Shown: one piece after another, positions 9,820 through 19,783 of the stretch | Layout: each line of letters begins with the position of its first letter | Numbering within the stretch: the stretch's first letter is position 1 | Origin: Trueperaceae bacterium | Lineage (GTDB): Bacteria; Deinococcota; Deinococci; Deinococcales; Trueperaceae | Assembly: GCA_965214405.1 (NCBI GenBank) | Contig: OZ243956.1 | Coordinates: 1,056,001 to 1,120,000, forward strand | Direction: 5' to 3' | DNA length: 64,000 bases | Notes under the pieces: model-generated | Seen by the model: only the letters and a program-made list of their open reading frames with translations | The model's database searches: none | Told to the model about the DNA's origin: nothing | Position numbers and translations under genes: made by a program

Positions 9820-9967
9820 CTCGCCTAGTGTGACACGTAAGTCCAGGTAAATATACAAACGGTCAAGCTTTTATCATGATCATCAGGGAAGCCGCAGAAT
9901 GCGCTTCTGCTTCTAAAGACAAAAGGACCGAGGCCCGAGAAAACTTGCAACTCGGTACCCGGTACTC

Positions 9968-11344
9968 GGGTGCAACATTGCTAAAGGGGATAGAAAAGGA
10001 GCTATAGGGGAAGTAAACTGGCGCATGGACAAGCCAGGCTGGGAAGAGAAAGCAAGGGCGGCATTCGAGAGGTATATCGAGGACATAAAGGCGACCCTGC
10101 CGCCGAACGCCAACTTTGCGGATATGGAAAGGGCGGTAATGAAGTTTTCGCCCGAGATCATGCGGAGTACCTTAGAAGGTTTGGCGGCTTCTAAAGATTT
10201 TTCCCCCGGAGAAGAAAGAAGTACCTAAAGGCTACTGGCGCAACGGCGTCGGTTGGAGTTATGTCAGTACAAGCTGGGGCCGAGTCGAAGTTTTAGTTCA
10301 ACGTCTGAAAACTAAAGCCGGTAAGCAGCGGCAAATCTATCTCGATGCGGCGTTGGACGAATCAGGCTGGAGTCCTGAAGCTTTGGTGCGTCTGGTTGAC
10401 TTGGGCACACGCTTACCCTATGAAGAGGCCGCGGCTGTGGCACAGTGCTTCGGTCTTGACGCCAGTCGTTTCTTGCTCAACGACATGAGCGCGGCTTGTG
10501 CCGAGAGCTGCCAAAGCGAGGTGTTGAAGCGGCTTCAAGGCGCAGAGGGCAAAACGGACAAGGTGTGCGAGGAAACCCGACCCCAGTCAATGAAGTCGGC
10601 AGGCCGCGTGATGGTTTTGCAGGTTGACGGCGTGTACGTGTTGGCTCAGCCTGAAGCGGGTTGTTGCCCCGGCCTAGAGATAAAGTCAGCCGTGCTTTAT
10701 CCACAAAACAGCCCCGGCGAGAGGTGGATGCTAGCCGACAGATGTTCGGCAGAGGCGTTCTTACCCCTGCTGGCCGGTCTACTTACGGAAGCCAAGCTCA
10801 CGCCCCAAGACACCCTTATCGGCTTAGGCGACGGCGCAGCTTGGATTGACACCATCTTTAGCTACTTAGGCGCGCTGAGAATTACCGATGTTTATCACGC
10901 CGCTGAGTATCTCGACCTTGTCATGCAAGCTATGGACTGGGATGAACAAACGCGCGCTTCTCACAGGCGAGACTGGTACAGGGCTGATATCTCCGCTCGG
11001 GACTGGCTTAAACAGCATCTACCCAGCCCTGAATGCTGGCTCACCTGGAGCGAGAAGGCCGTCACAGCTCTTCACTACCTTGAGAAACGCCTCGACTCTA
11101 TGGACTACCCCCTTTACAAAGCCGAAGGCTACCCCATCGGCTCCGGTCAAGTTGAAGGGATGAACAAAAGCGTTATCGGAAACCGCCTGAAAAGAAGCGG
11201 TATGCGTTGGTCTGAAACGGGCGCCGCTGGCATGGCCTCCTTAAGAGCCCAAACTTGTGCCAAGCATCCGCTCATTGACTTTGACACCTTACGCTTCAAC
11301 GCCTTTTCCCTTGCTGCTTTATCCCCGTAGGAAATGTTGCACCC
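9968..11344 (+). mobile_element. ISKra4/ISLre2-like IS, copy C (close relative of copy B)
   Basis: TIRs GGGTGCAACATT and AATGTTGCACCC. Flanks CCCGGTACTC and CCCGGTACTT (9-10 bp duplication). Confidence 0.9.
10025..11330 (+). CDS. Two-frame transposase
   Basis: ORF 10025-10228 plus a +1 frame open from the T5C5 tract (10198-10207): PPEKKEVPKGYWRNG...LQVDGV...PIGSGQVEG. Confidence 0.85.
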
Positions 11345-11372
11345 CCCGGTACTTAATCCCTCCGAACGCCCC

Positions 11373-11406
11373 AAAGAAACTTGACAATAAAAGAAACTTG
11401 ACAATA
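11373..11406 (+). repeat. Perfect 17-bp tandem duplication containing TTGACA
   Basis: AAAGAAACTTGACAATA x2. Confidence 0.9.
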
Positions 11407-11502
11407 AGGGTCTGATAAACGGCGCGATGTGACAATTTTGTGAGGGCGGGTGTGGCGCTTTTTAAGGCTTCTAAAACGCGCCCCCTCTATACTGGGTTTT
11501 AC

Positions 11503-12501
11503 GTGACGTCTTCTCCCCATTTCGACCCATTGAGCAACCCAGCACATAGTGCTTCACCTGACACCCCACCGCGCAGTGGCCCACAAATTGGCCCGCGAAT
11601 TGGCCCACGAATCGGTGTGGCCCTCGGCGGGGGCAGCGCGCGGGGCTACGCGCATATCGGCGCGCTCCGCTCTCTAGAGCGGCACGGCTTGGCTCCCGAC
11701 GTCATCGCGGGCACGAGTTTCGGCGCGCTCATCGGCGCGCTCTACGCCGCGGGAAACCCTACCGAAACGATAAGCGCGCTCGCCAACGGCACGCGCCGCC
11801 GCGACCTCTTGGGCAACGTGGCCGATTTTGGCTTTCACAAGGCGGCGCTTTTTGGTGGGGACAAGCTCGAGGCTTACTTCGACACGCTTCTGAAGGGTCG
11901 CAGTTTTAGTGATTTGGCGCTCGAGTTCGTCGTCGTCACCACCGACGTCGACACGGGCGAGTGCGTGCTCCTACGCGAAGGCTCGCTCGCCAAGGCGCTC
12001 CGCGCCAGCGTCGCGCTGCCGGGCATTTTCGCGCCCGTCGAACTCGGCGGGCGGCGTTTGGTCGACGGGGGCTTGGGTTCGCCCGTGCCACTTGCGACCC
12101 TGGACAATTTTGACGTAGACGTCGCCATCGGCATCGGCGCGGGCGTTACGTGCAGCGAGTCGCGCCCCATCCGCGTGGCTAAAAGATGTTTGGATACGCG
12201 GGTAGGAAGGCGCGTTCACGAAGGATTGAGAGACACCCCCGGCTCGCACCCGCTGCGCGTGTTGGGTCGCGCCTTGGCCCACACCGCGAGTTCGTGGGGG
12301 GAGCGCCGCCCGCTGGACGAGGGCGCGCTGCACGTGCAAACGAAACCGCCGATTAGCTGGCTCAACTTTCACAAAGCGGCCCTGGCTATCGAGGCGGGTG
12401 AAACGGCGTTGGAGGCCTTTGTGCCGACCATTCGCCACGCTCTCACCACCCACACCACCCTTGACAACGCTCTTGCTCAGGCGGGGCTCGAGGCCGCCTA
12501 A
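11503..12501 (+). CDS. Patatin-like phospholipase (start uncertain)
   Basis: LGGGSARG oxyanion motif, GTSFG nucleophile elbow and LVDGG. Confidence 0.9.
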   Translation: MTSSPHFDPLSNPAHSASPDTPPRSGPQIGPRIGPRIGVALGGGSARGYAHIGALRSLERHGLAPDVIAGTSFGALIGALYAAGNPTETISALANGTRRRDLLGNVADFGFHKAALFGGDKLEAYFDTLLKGRSFSDLALEFVVVTTDVDTGECVLLREGSLAKALRASVALPGIFAPVELGGRRLVDGGLGSPVPLATLDNFDVDVAIGIGAGVTCSESRPIRVAKRCLDTRVGRRVHEGLRDTPGSHPLRVLGRALAHTASSWGERRPLDEGALHVQTKPPISWLNFHKAALAIEAGETALEAFVPTIRHALTTHTTLDNALAQAGLEAA

Positions 12502-12938
12502 CGCGTCTCTTTTGAAGTCGAGTCCGAGTCCGAGGCCGAGTCTGAGGTCGAGGTGCCGGGCCGCCGGTTCTCCGGTTGTTTGAGATGGTAGCGAATTCCC
12601 TTGCCCGCCAACGGTTCGTCGGCAAAACGGGGGATGACGTGCAGGTGGACCTGCGGAATATGCTGACCGCCCACCTCGCCCACGTTCCAGCCCACGTTGT
12701 AGCCGTCCGGGGCGCTCTCCTCGAGCAACGTTTTAACCTCTCCCAACAACATAAAAGTTGCCGCCCACTCCTGGGGCGTGAGGTCGAAAAAGCTCTCGCA
12801 GGCTCTCAAAGGCACAATCACGCCCGAACCCGGTAGCACGTCCTGACGGGTAAACCTTAAGAAAACACAGTGCTCGTTTTTAAGCTCGAGCTTTTGGTCT
12901 GGAAACGCGTCGGGGCCGAAGTGGGGCGGGTAGCGCAT
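12498..12938 (-). CDS. HIT family hydrolase
   Basis: DGYNVGWNVGEVGGQHIPQVHLHVIPRF. Confidence 0.85.
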   Translation of the reverse strand: MRYPPHFGPDAFPDQKLELKNEHCVFLRFTRQDVLPGSGVIVPLRACESFFDLTPQEWAATFMLLGEVKTLLEESAPDGYNVGWNVGEVGGQHIPQVHLHVIPRFADEPLAGKGIRYHLKQPENRRPGTSTSDSASDSDSTSKETR

Positions 12939-13008
12939 GGCGAAGGGTAACACAGGAAATAAAAAGGGGGACGGTTGAAGGTTGTTATACTGTTTCCGGG
13001 GTACTGAA

Positions 13009-13464
13009 GTGGCAACTATCGGCAGAGCAGAAAGCTTCTTGGCCCGTCTCAAAACCACGCGGTGGGCAACCCTTTTTACGTGGTTTGTCAGAGTCCTGAT
13101 AGCGCTAGCGTTTATCCAATCAGGCTTAACGAAAGTTATCGGCGCGCGCTTCACGCTGCTCGGAACGGATACGGACATCGGCTTCTTTTTCGAAGCTCTC
13201 TACCGCGCGAAACTTTACTGGCGTTTCATAGGTGCCGCGCAGATTCTGGCGTCCCTACTCCTCCTCATCCCACGAACGACGATGCTCGGCGCGGTGGTGT
13301 TCTTCCCCATCATGCTCAATATCTTTGTGATTACCTGGTCGCTCCGCTTTCACGGCACGGTCGTCGTTACCTCACTCATGCTGCTCGCCAACCTCTATCT
13401 GCTCCTTTAGCATTGGCCCACATTGAAAGTCCTCTTTAGCGGCGAACGGACTTTGAGAAAGTAG
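13009..13464 (+). pseudogene. DoxX-like membrane protein with a probable premature stop
   Basis: Hydrophobic helices and FFEALY...YWRFIG. TAG at 13408-13410 is followed by 17 more sense codons (HWPTLKVLF...). Confidence 0.6.
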
Positions 13465-13486
13465 CGTGTCAAGCAGAGGTAGGCGT

Positions 13487-14371
13487 TTAGAGAATCGCTT
13501 TGCCGAGCAGGCTCGAGGCCATCTCCACCATGATTTGCGCGGTCTTGTTCTGCGTGTCGAGAATCGGGTTGACCTCGACCAAATCTAAACTGGTCACCAC
13601 CCCCGCGTCAGCGAGGAGTTCCATGAGCAGGTGCGCCTCGCGGTAGGTGAGGCCGCCGGGCACGGGCGTGCCGACGCCGGGCGCAAGGTTCGGGTCGAGC
13701 GCGTCGGCGTCGAACGACACGTGTAGGCGCGGCACGTGGCTAAGGCGCTCCAACGCCTCGGCGGCGACCGCCGCCATCCCACGCGTGTCGATCTCTTTCA
13801 TCGTGTAGACGCCGATACCGCGCGCGCGGATGAGTTCGCGCTCATCCGGGTCTATCGAGCGAACACCAACAAAGACCACGTCCTCCGGGCGCAAAACCGC
13901 GCCGCCGCCCCAAATATCCAGCAAGCGCGGGTCACCCTCACCCAAAAGGTGCGCCAAAGGCATCCCGTGGATGTTGCCGCTCGGCGAGGTCGCGGGTGTG
14001 TTGAGGTCGGCGTGCGCGTCAATCCACAACACGCCGGTACGCCCCGCCCCGGCCACCCCCGCCACCGTGCCCATCGACACCGAGTGGTCACCGCCCAAGG
14101 CGATGGGAAAGTGATGGTCGGGAATGCTCGTAAGCACTTCGTACACCCTGCGGCACGCCTCAGCGATGGCGTCGGCGTAATGGAGACCGTTATCGTCCTC
14201 CAGCGCCTCCGGCACCGGCGACTCGACGTTGCCCAAGTCTTTGATGGTGTAACCCAGCCCGCGCAGCGTGGCCTCGAGCCTCGCCAGCCGCAACGCACTC
14301 GGCCCCATATCCACCCCCCGCCGCCCCGCGCCCAAGTCCATCGGAATACCCAAAATATTGATGGTTTTCAT
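13487..14371 (-). CDS. rocF: Arginase
   Basis: GGDHS, WIDAHADLN, SGNIHGMP, SFDADALDP and LVEVNP. Confidence 0.95.
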   Translation of the reverse strand: MKTINILGIPMDLGAGRRGVDMGPSALRLARLEATLRGLGYTIKDLGNVESPVPEALEDDNGLHYADAIAEACRRVYEVLTSIPDHHFPIALGGDHSVSMGTVAGVAGAGRTGVLWIDAHADLNTPATSPSGNIHGMPLAHLLGEGDPRLLDIWGGGAVLRPEDVVFVGVRSIDPDERELIRARGIGVYTMKEIDTRGMAAVAAEALERLSHVPRLHVSFDADALDPNLAPGVGTPVPGGLTYREAHLLMELLADAGVVTSLDLVEVNPILDTQNKTAQIMVEMASSLLGKAIL

Positions 14372-14750
14372 GACCGAGGATAACATAAAACACGTCACAG
14401 ACGTAAAAACGGTACTTTATACACTACCACATAGTTTTATACACAAAGCTACACTTGCACAACCGAGTTGTTGCCTCGTGAGCCTCACTCACTGTTCTCT
14501 TATGGTTCATTCACCATTAAAAGTCGGAACCGTCCGCATGGCCCCATATGGCGGGGCGCTCGAGCGGCGGTTAAGTATGAGGCGAGATAGCAGAAAGCCC
14601 TACACTCCCCTTGGCATCACGCGCTATAGACTTTAGGCACGCTCGAGGCTGAGCTTAAAGGCTCGAGCGAACGGGAAGTAAAACGCGTTACAGCCTTTGT
14701 AGTTGACAACAATCAACAAGCACAAAGGCCAGTAAATTCAAGGGGGGAAG

Positions 14751-15578
14751 ATGTTCTACCACGACAGCAAACTCCAGTACACCGTCCGCGTCGACACGCC
14801 CAACCCGCTCTACGCCAAGATGCTCCAGCAGGCCATCGGCGGCGTCGAGGGCGAAATCCGGGTGATGATGCAGTACCTTTTTCAGGCTTTCGGCTCGCGC
14901 GGTCCCACCAAATACCGCGACATGCTCATGGAAACGGGCACCGAGGAGATGGGCCACGTGGAGATGCTCGCCACCGCGGTGGCGCTAAACTTAGAGGGCG
15001 CGCCCACCAAAACCGTCGAGGAGGCCGCCAAAGACCCGATGGTCGAAGCGGTCTTGGGCGGCATGAACCCGCGCCACCTGCTCTCGTCGGGCTTGGGCGC
15101 GATGCCCGTCAACTCGAACGGCGTGCCCTTCGACTGCTCGCACGTCTACGCGACGGGCAACATCGCCGCGGACATGTATGCCAACGTGACCGCCGAGTCG
15201 GGCGGACGCGCCTTGGCGGTGCGGCTTTACAACCTGACCGACGACCCCGGCATGAAGGACATGCTCAAGTTCTTGATTGCCCGCGACACCATGCACCAGG
15301 AGCAGTGGTTGGCGGTTCTGGAAGAACTCGGCGGGCCGAGCAACCACCCCATCCCCAACTCGTTCCCGCAAGACGAGGAGCTTCAGGACTACAACTACGT
15401 TTTCTTGGGCTTCAAAAAGGATGGCAGCCCGCCTCCAGAGGGGCGCTGGTCGAGTGGTGAGTCGATTGATAAGAAGGGCACCTTCACTTCACGCGTGATG
15501 CAGCCCGAAGGGCAAGAGCCCAAGCTGAGCCCGCCCAAGCCGGGGATGGGGGCGCAGAAGGAGCAGAACCCCTCGTAG
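14751..15578 (+). CDS. Manganese catalase family protein
   Basis: GGVEGE..MMQYLFQ, GTEEMGHVEML and FLIARDTMHQ. Confidence 0.93.
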   Translation: MFYHDSKLQYTVRVDTPNPLYAKMLQQAIGGVEGEIRVMMQYLFQAFGSRGPTKYRDMLMETGTEEMGHVEMLATAVALNLEGAPTKTVEEAAKDPMVEAVLGGMNPRHLLSSGLGAMPVNSNGVPFDCSHVYATGNIAADMYANVTAESGGRALAVRLYNLTDDPGMKDMLKFLIARDTMHQEQWLAVLEELGGPSNHPIPNSFPQDEELQDYNYVFLGFKKDGSPPPEGRWSSGESIDKKGTFTSRVMQPEGQEPKLSPPKPGMGAQKEQNPS

Positions 15579-15617
15579 GCTCGAGGTTTAGCGCAGTAAC
15601 AGATAACATCAACAGCC

Positions 15618-15656
15618 AAGCAGCGTAGAGATTTTTATCCTCTGCGCTGCTTTTTT
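15618..15656 (+). terminator. Intrinsic terminator
   Basis: AAGCAGCGTAGAG...CTCTGCGCTGCTTTTTT between convergent genes. Confidence 0.75.
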
Positions 15657-16422
15657 AGCGGCTCGAGCCATCCGCACGCAGCCACGCCTCCCACCTCACC
15701 GTTCCCCGCTCACCCTCCGGCACCGTGTTATGTCCCGCGCGAAATCCCGCCGCGAGCCCGCCAAAAAGCGGGACGTTCACCACCGACTTTTGCACGTTAA
15801 GCGCCTCCTTCCACTTCCCAGCCGCCTCCCCAAGCGTCATCACCTCCGGCCCGCCGAAGTCGGGGAGGTGTCCGCCGGGGCCGCCGTCAAGCGCACGCAC
15901 AAGGCGCGCGGCCACCTCCTCAGCCGCCACGCTCTGAACGCGGAAGTCGGTCGGGAGAGGGAGCACGAGCGGGACACGGGCGGCGCTACGGATGAGCTGA
16001 TTCACAAAGCTGTGAAACTGCGTTGCGCGGAGTATGGAGTACGGCACGCCGCTCTCGGCAACCAGCCGCTCGGCCTCCGCCTTCGCGCGGTAGTAGCCGA
16101 ACGGGATTTTATCTACGCCGACGATGGAGACGTAGATGAAGTGGCCTGTGCCAGCCTCACGAGCCGCCTCAACGAGCCGCCGGGACCCGGCAACATCGAC
16201 AGCTTGCGGCTTCCGCGGGTCGCTCGCGGCGTGGATAACGGCGTCTACGCCTTCCACCGCCTCCCGCACACCCTCACCCGTGGCGAGATCGGCCCGCGCC
16301 CACTCCACGGGTGCGCTGTTGGGGCTGCGGCTTTGGACGCGGACGGTGTGGCTATGCTCGAGCGCCGACCGAACAACGTAGCCTCCAAGGGTGCCGGTGC
16401 CGCCGGTAACGAGAATCTTCAT
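15655..16422 (-). CDS. NAD(P)-binding atypical SDR/NmrA-like oxidoreductase
   Basis: ILVTGGTGTLG, YYRAK and LRATQFH. Confidence 0.88.
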   Translation of the reverse strand: MKILVTGGTGTLGGYVVRSALEHSHTVRVQSRSPNSAPVEWARADLATGEGVREAVEGVDAVIHAASDPRKPQAVDVAGSRRLVEAAREAGTGHFIYVSIVGVDKIPFGYYRAKAEAERLVAESGVPYSILRATQFHSFVNQLIRSAARVPLVLPLPTDFRVQSVAAEEVAARLVRALDGGPGGHLPDFGGPEVMTLGEAAGKWKEALNVQKSVVNVPLFGGLAAGFRAGHNTVPEGERGTVRWEAWLRADGSSR

Positions 16423-16473
16423 GACTGTCCTCGACTTGATGTGGTGACGCGTGAGGTCACCAGCTAGAGCCGG

Positions 16474-17406
16474 TCAAGGTGCGTAGCCGCTGAGTCGCAA
16501 AAGCTCTTGCGCGTCCACGTCCGTCCACGCTTCGACTCCCATGTCCGAATGTTTGTCCAAAAATGCCTGCACCATGCCAAAGCCAATCGTGTAACCCGTC
16601 CAGACCGGAAAGCGGTCATTACCAAACATGATTTGCCGCTGGAAGTCCAGGTTGCGCGTCGTCAAGTAAGGCAAGGCCTGCCACTGCTCGCGCTCTTGGT
16701 CCGGGGTCAGGGCCTCCGTCCAGGGCGCTGCGGCTTCAGGATAGATGAGTTTGGCGAAGCTGCTCGCCTTGCCCTCAAAGACGAGGTAGTCAACGAGTCG
16801 GAAGTCGTCAAAAGCATCGGGAAACTGTTGCAGCCAAGCGGCGTGATGGTACTCGTGAACGACACTCTGCTCGAGCCTATCCAACCCTCCCTCCAAAGGA
16901 TAGACGTTCATGTAAACGGTCGTAGCCGCGGCAGTGCCGACGACGCCCCCCATTTTTTCTAGAACGAAGTCGTCGCTCGGATGCAGGGCAAAAATGCAAA
17001 AGGTGATGGGGTCCGCCGGTAAAAGAGGTGCTGCCTTCGCTACCGCTTCCCCGACAGCGGCAGCCACGTCCGCTACCGCAACGTCACGTATGGCTTTCTC
17101 CCAGGTCTCGAGCTCGGTCATCTCGTAACCGATGTTACTCCGGATGAACGCTTCCTTATCGCTCGCGCATTCCTCAGCGTAAGGGGCCAGAGCAAGTTCC
17201 CGATAAAGCTCGGTCTTTTCCGTCAGGCGCAGGTCCGGCTCCGCTTGAAGCGCCCTGATGAAAGCCAACTGGCCTTCGTAAACAGGAACAACGCGGACGT
17301 CGGGGGGTTCTGCCCCTTGCGCCCACGACCGTCCCAAAAGAAGCAAGCAAGACAAGACGAGAAAGTGAAGCAGTTTTGTTGCCCTACTCGTTTGTTTGAT
17401 GTTCAT
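16474..17406 (-). CDS. Secreted DUF2268-like Zn-dependent protease
   Basis: Signal peptide; VHEYHH; VFEGKA; WTGYTIGF. Confidence 0.8.
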   Translation of the reverse strand: MNIKQTSRATKLLHFLVLSCLLLLGRSWAQGAEPPDVRVVPVYEGQLAFIRALQAEPDLRLTEKTELYRELALAPYAEECASDKEAFIRSNIGYEMTELETWEKAIRDVAVADVAAAVGEAVAKAAPLLPADPITFCIFALHPSDDFVLEKMGGVVGTAAATTVYMNVYPLEGGLDRLEQSVVHEYHHAAWLQQFPDAFDDFRLVDYLVFEGKASSFAKLIYPEAAAPWTEALTPDQEREQWQALPYLTTRNLDFQRQIMFGNDRFPVWTGYTIGFGMVQAFLDKHSDMGVEAWTDVDAQELLRLSGYAP

Positions 17407-17425
17407 GATTCTACGCTTTCCGAGT

Positions 17426-18061
17426 TTAGGAAGTCGCTTCGGGAAGCGCCGCCTCTCCCCACGCATCCGCAAAAACAAACTCAGAAAGCGCCTTACGAGA
17501 CCGCGGCGCGCGCTCCTTTTCCCTCAGGTCTTCAGCCAACACCGCCGGGTCGCCCGCGTAGCCTAGCGCGAGGCCAGCAACAACGTCGAAGTCGTCCGGG
17601 ACGCCGTAAAGCTCCCGCACCCGGTCCGGCTCGATGCCCGCCATCTGGTGAACGTGCAGTCCCACATCGGTCGCCTGAAGCACGAGATTTTCGACCGCCA
17701 TGCCGAGGTCGTGCCAGGCGTGGCGGTTCGTCCCGCCGCCTCTAGAAAACGTTTTTTTGGCGAGCGACATCATCAGCACGGGCGCGGTTTTGGCCCAATC
17801 TTGATTCTTTTCTCTCAAGCAGCTCAAGAGTTTGGCGTACGCCTCCTCTTGTTCTTTTTGAGCCACGATAAAGCGCCAGGGTTGCTCGTTAAAAGACGAG
17901 GCGGCCCAGCGGGCGGCCTCTAAGACCCGCAACAGCTTCTCCCGCTCGACGGGTTTGTCTGAGAAAGCCCTGGGACTCCACCGTTGGCGGATGGGCTCGA
18001 GCACGTCGTAGTCGGTCTGGGCGGTTTTGTCTAAGGTAACTGGACTAACGGTATCAGTCAT
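17426..18061 (-). CDS. Nitroreductase family protein
   Basis: RWSPRAF and AARWAASSFNEQPWRF. Confidence 0.92.
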   Translation of the reverse strand: MTDTVSPVTLDKTAQTDYDVLEPIRQRWSPRAFSDKPVEREKLLRVLEAARWAASSFNEQPWRFIVAQKEQEEAYAKLLSCLREKNQDWAKTAPVLMMSLAKKTFSRGGGTNRHAWHDLGMAVENLVLQATDVGLHVHQMAGIEPDRVRELYGVPDDFDVVAGLALGYAGDPAVLAEDLREKERAPRSRKALSEFVFADAWGEAALPEATS

Positions 18062-18100
18062 ACCTTTATTGTTGTCCGCTCGAGGAACGCATGATGTAGG

Positions 18101-18985
18101 CTAGACTGCGGCCTTCTCCAAGGGCTGCGCTTCCTCTTTGGTGAGACCCACCAAACGCGCGCTCTCCTCCCAGAGCCGCCGCTGCGCGCCCTCGTCGTAG
18201 GAAATATTTTTGGAGGTGAGCGTTTCTTTGTCCTTAAAGTATTTGCCCGTCACCCCCTCGACGTCGAGCGAGGTCGCCAGCCAGATGGCCGTCTCCGCGC
18301 CCTTTTCGGGCGAGCGCGAGAAGGGCTTGAGAATCTTTGTTGCGAGGTTGGCAAAGCCGCCGTTGTTGGTGCCGAAGTTCGTGCCGACAAACCCCGGATG
18401 AAGCGCGTTGACGGTCACGCCCGTGCCCTCCAAACGTCTGGCGAGCTCATAGGTAAAGAGCAAGTTGGCGAGCTTGGACTGACCGTAGGCCTTCCAGCCG
18501 CCGTAATTGTGGAGCATGAGGTCGTCAAAGTGCACCTTGCCCATGCGCTCGGCTTCGGAGGACACGACGACGATGCGCGAGGGGGCCGCCCTTAGCAGCG
18601 GCGGCAGCAGGAGGTGCGTGAGCAAAAAGGGTGCGAGGTGGTTTAAGGCAAAGGTCTTTTCAAACCCGTCCGCGGTCTCTTGGCGCTTCGCCATAAACAC
18701 GCCCGCGTTGTTGACGAGCACGTCTAAGCGCTTGAAGCGCGCGTTGAATCCTTCCGCAAGCGACCGCGTCTCCTCCACCGACGAGAGGTCGGCGGGCATA
18801 AAGACGACATTGCCCCCCGTTTTCCGCCGCAACGCCGCCGCCGCCTCGTCACCGCTGCCGCTACCACGCGACACCGTCACCACCTTAGCCCCGCGCACCG
18901 CGAGCGCCTCGGCGGTCGCCCTGCCGATACCCGAACTCCCCCCCGTCACCAAACACACTTTGTCGCGCATACTTTGTTCCGGCAT
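18101..18985 (-). CDS. Short-chain dehydrogenase/reductase (retinol dehydrogenase-like)
   Basis: TGGSSGIG, NNAG and YGQSK. Confidence 0.92.
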   Translation of the reverse strand: MPEQSMRDKVCLVTGGSSGIGRATAEALAVRGAKVVTVSRGSGSGDEAAAALRRKTGGNVVFMPADLSSVEETRSLAEGFNARFKRLDVLVNNAGVFMAKRQETADGFEKTFALNHLAPFLLTHLLLPPLLRAAPSRIVVVSSEAERMGKVHFDDLMLHNYGGWKAYGQSKLANLLFTYELARRLEGTGVTVNALHPGFVGTNFGTNNGGFANLATKILKPFSRSPEKGAETAIWLATSLDVEGVTGKYFKDKETLTSKNISYDEGAQRRLWEESARLVGLTKEEAQPLEKAAV

Positions 18986-19105
18986 AAAAGTCTCCCTTCG
19001 TCTCTCAGATTATAAAGTGGGGCGCTTCACCAAGAGAGTGAGGCAGGCTTATGCAAAAACCCCGGCAAGGTGGGGCCGGGGCCTTAAAGCGAATCTTCTA
19101 CCTTT

Positions 19106-19600
19106 TTAGTCCGCCCGCACCGCCCTCCCCTGCGCCCAATCCCTAAGTGCCTGAACTTTCTCACGCATCGTCTGCGACAGGGGCCGCGTCAGCCTCACCT
19201 CATCCAACAAAAGAGCGTCGCTGAGGTCGCCCCCGTTAGCAAAGGCCGTGTAGAGCCCCGACACGATGACGCCTTCAATCTCCGCGCCGCTAAAGCCCGC
19301 CGTCGCCGTGACCAGGCGGGGCAAGTCAAAAGTCTGGGGAACGCGCCCGCGCTTTGTCAGGTGAATCTTGAAAATAGCTTCCCGCGCCGCTTCATTGGGC
19401 AAATCCACAAAAAAGAGTTCGTCGAAGCGCCCCTTGCGCACCAGTTCGGGCAGCAAGGTATGGGCGCTGTTGGCGGTGGCAACGACGAACACGTCGCCCC
19501 GGCGCTCCTGCAACCAGGTGAGGAAAATTCCTAAGTGAGCGGGTAACGCGAGTGCAACAGGAGGTCTAAATCATTTAGAAAAGCGTCGGACTTAGCAGGA
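19106..19600 (-). pseudogene. Ycf46-like AAA ATPase with a large internal deletion
   Basis: N-terminal FLNDLDLLLHSRYPL abuts, out of frame, FLTWLQE...VVATAN...PELVRKGRFDELFFVDLP. The Walker A/B region is absent. Confidence 0.75.
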
Positions 19601-19783
19601 TGTGCGGCGGGGGCGGCGTGGGGAGGCGTTGTCACGTTGTTTTTGGCATAGCCAGCACGCTTGCTCGAGCGTGAGAACTGCTTCATAACCCGCGGGACAG
19701 CCGGTGAAAGGGTCGGATATGAACGAAAGAAGAGCCCAACCGGAGCAGGCTTTTGGCGGAAATTCAAAAAGCGCTTCTCTCAA

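Noticed and set aside
9928..9967. Minus-strand promoter 17 bp from the left end of IS copy C (TTGCAA at 9945-9950)
   Set aside because: The spacing is suggestive, but there is no convincing -10 element.
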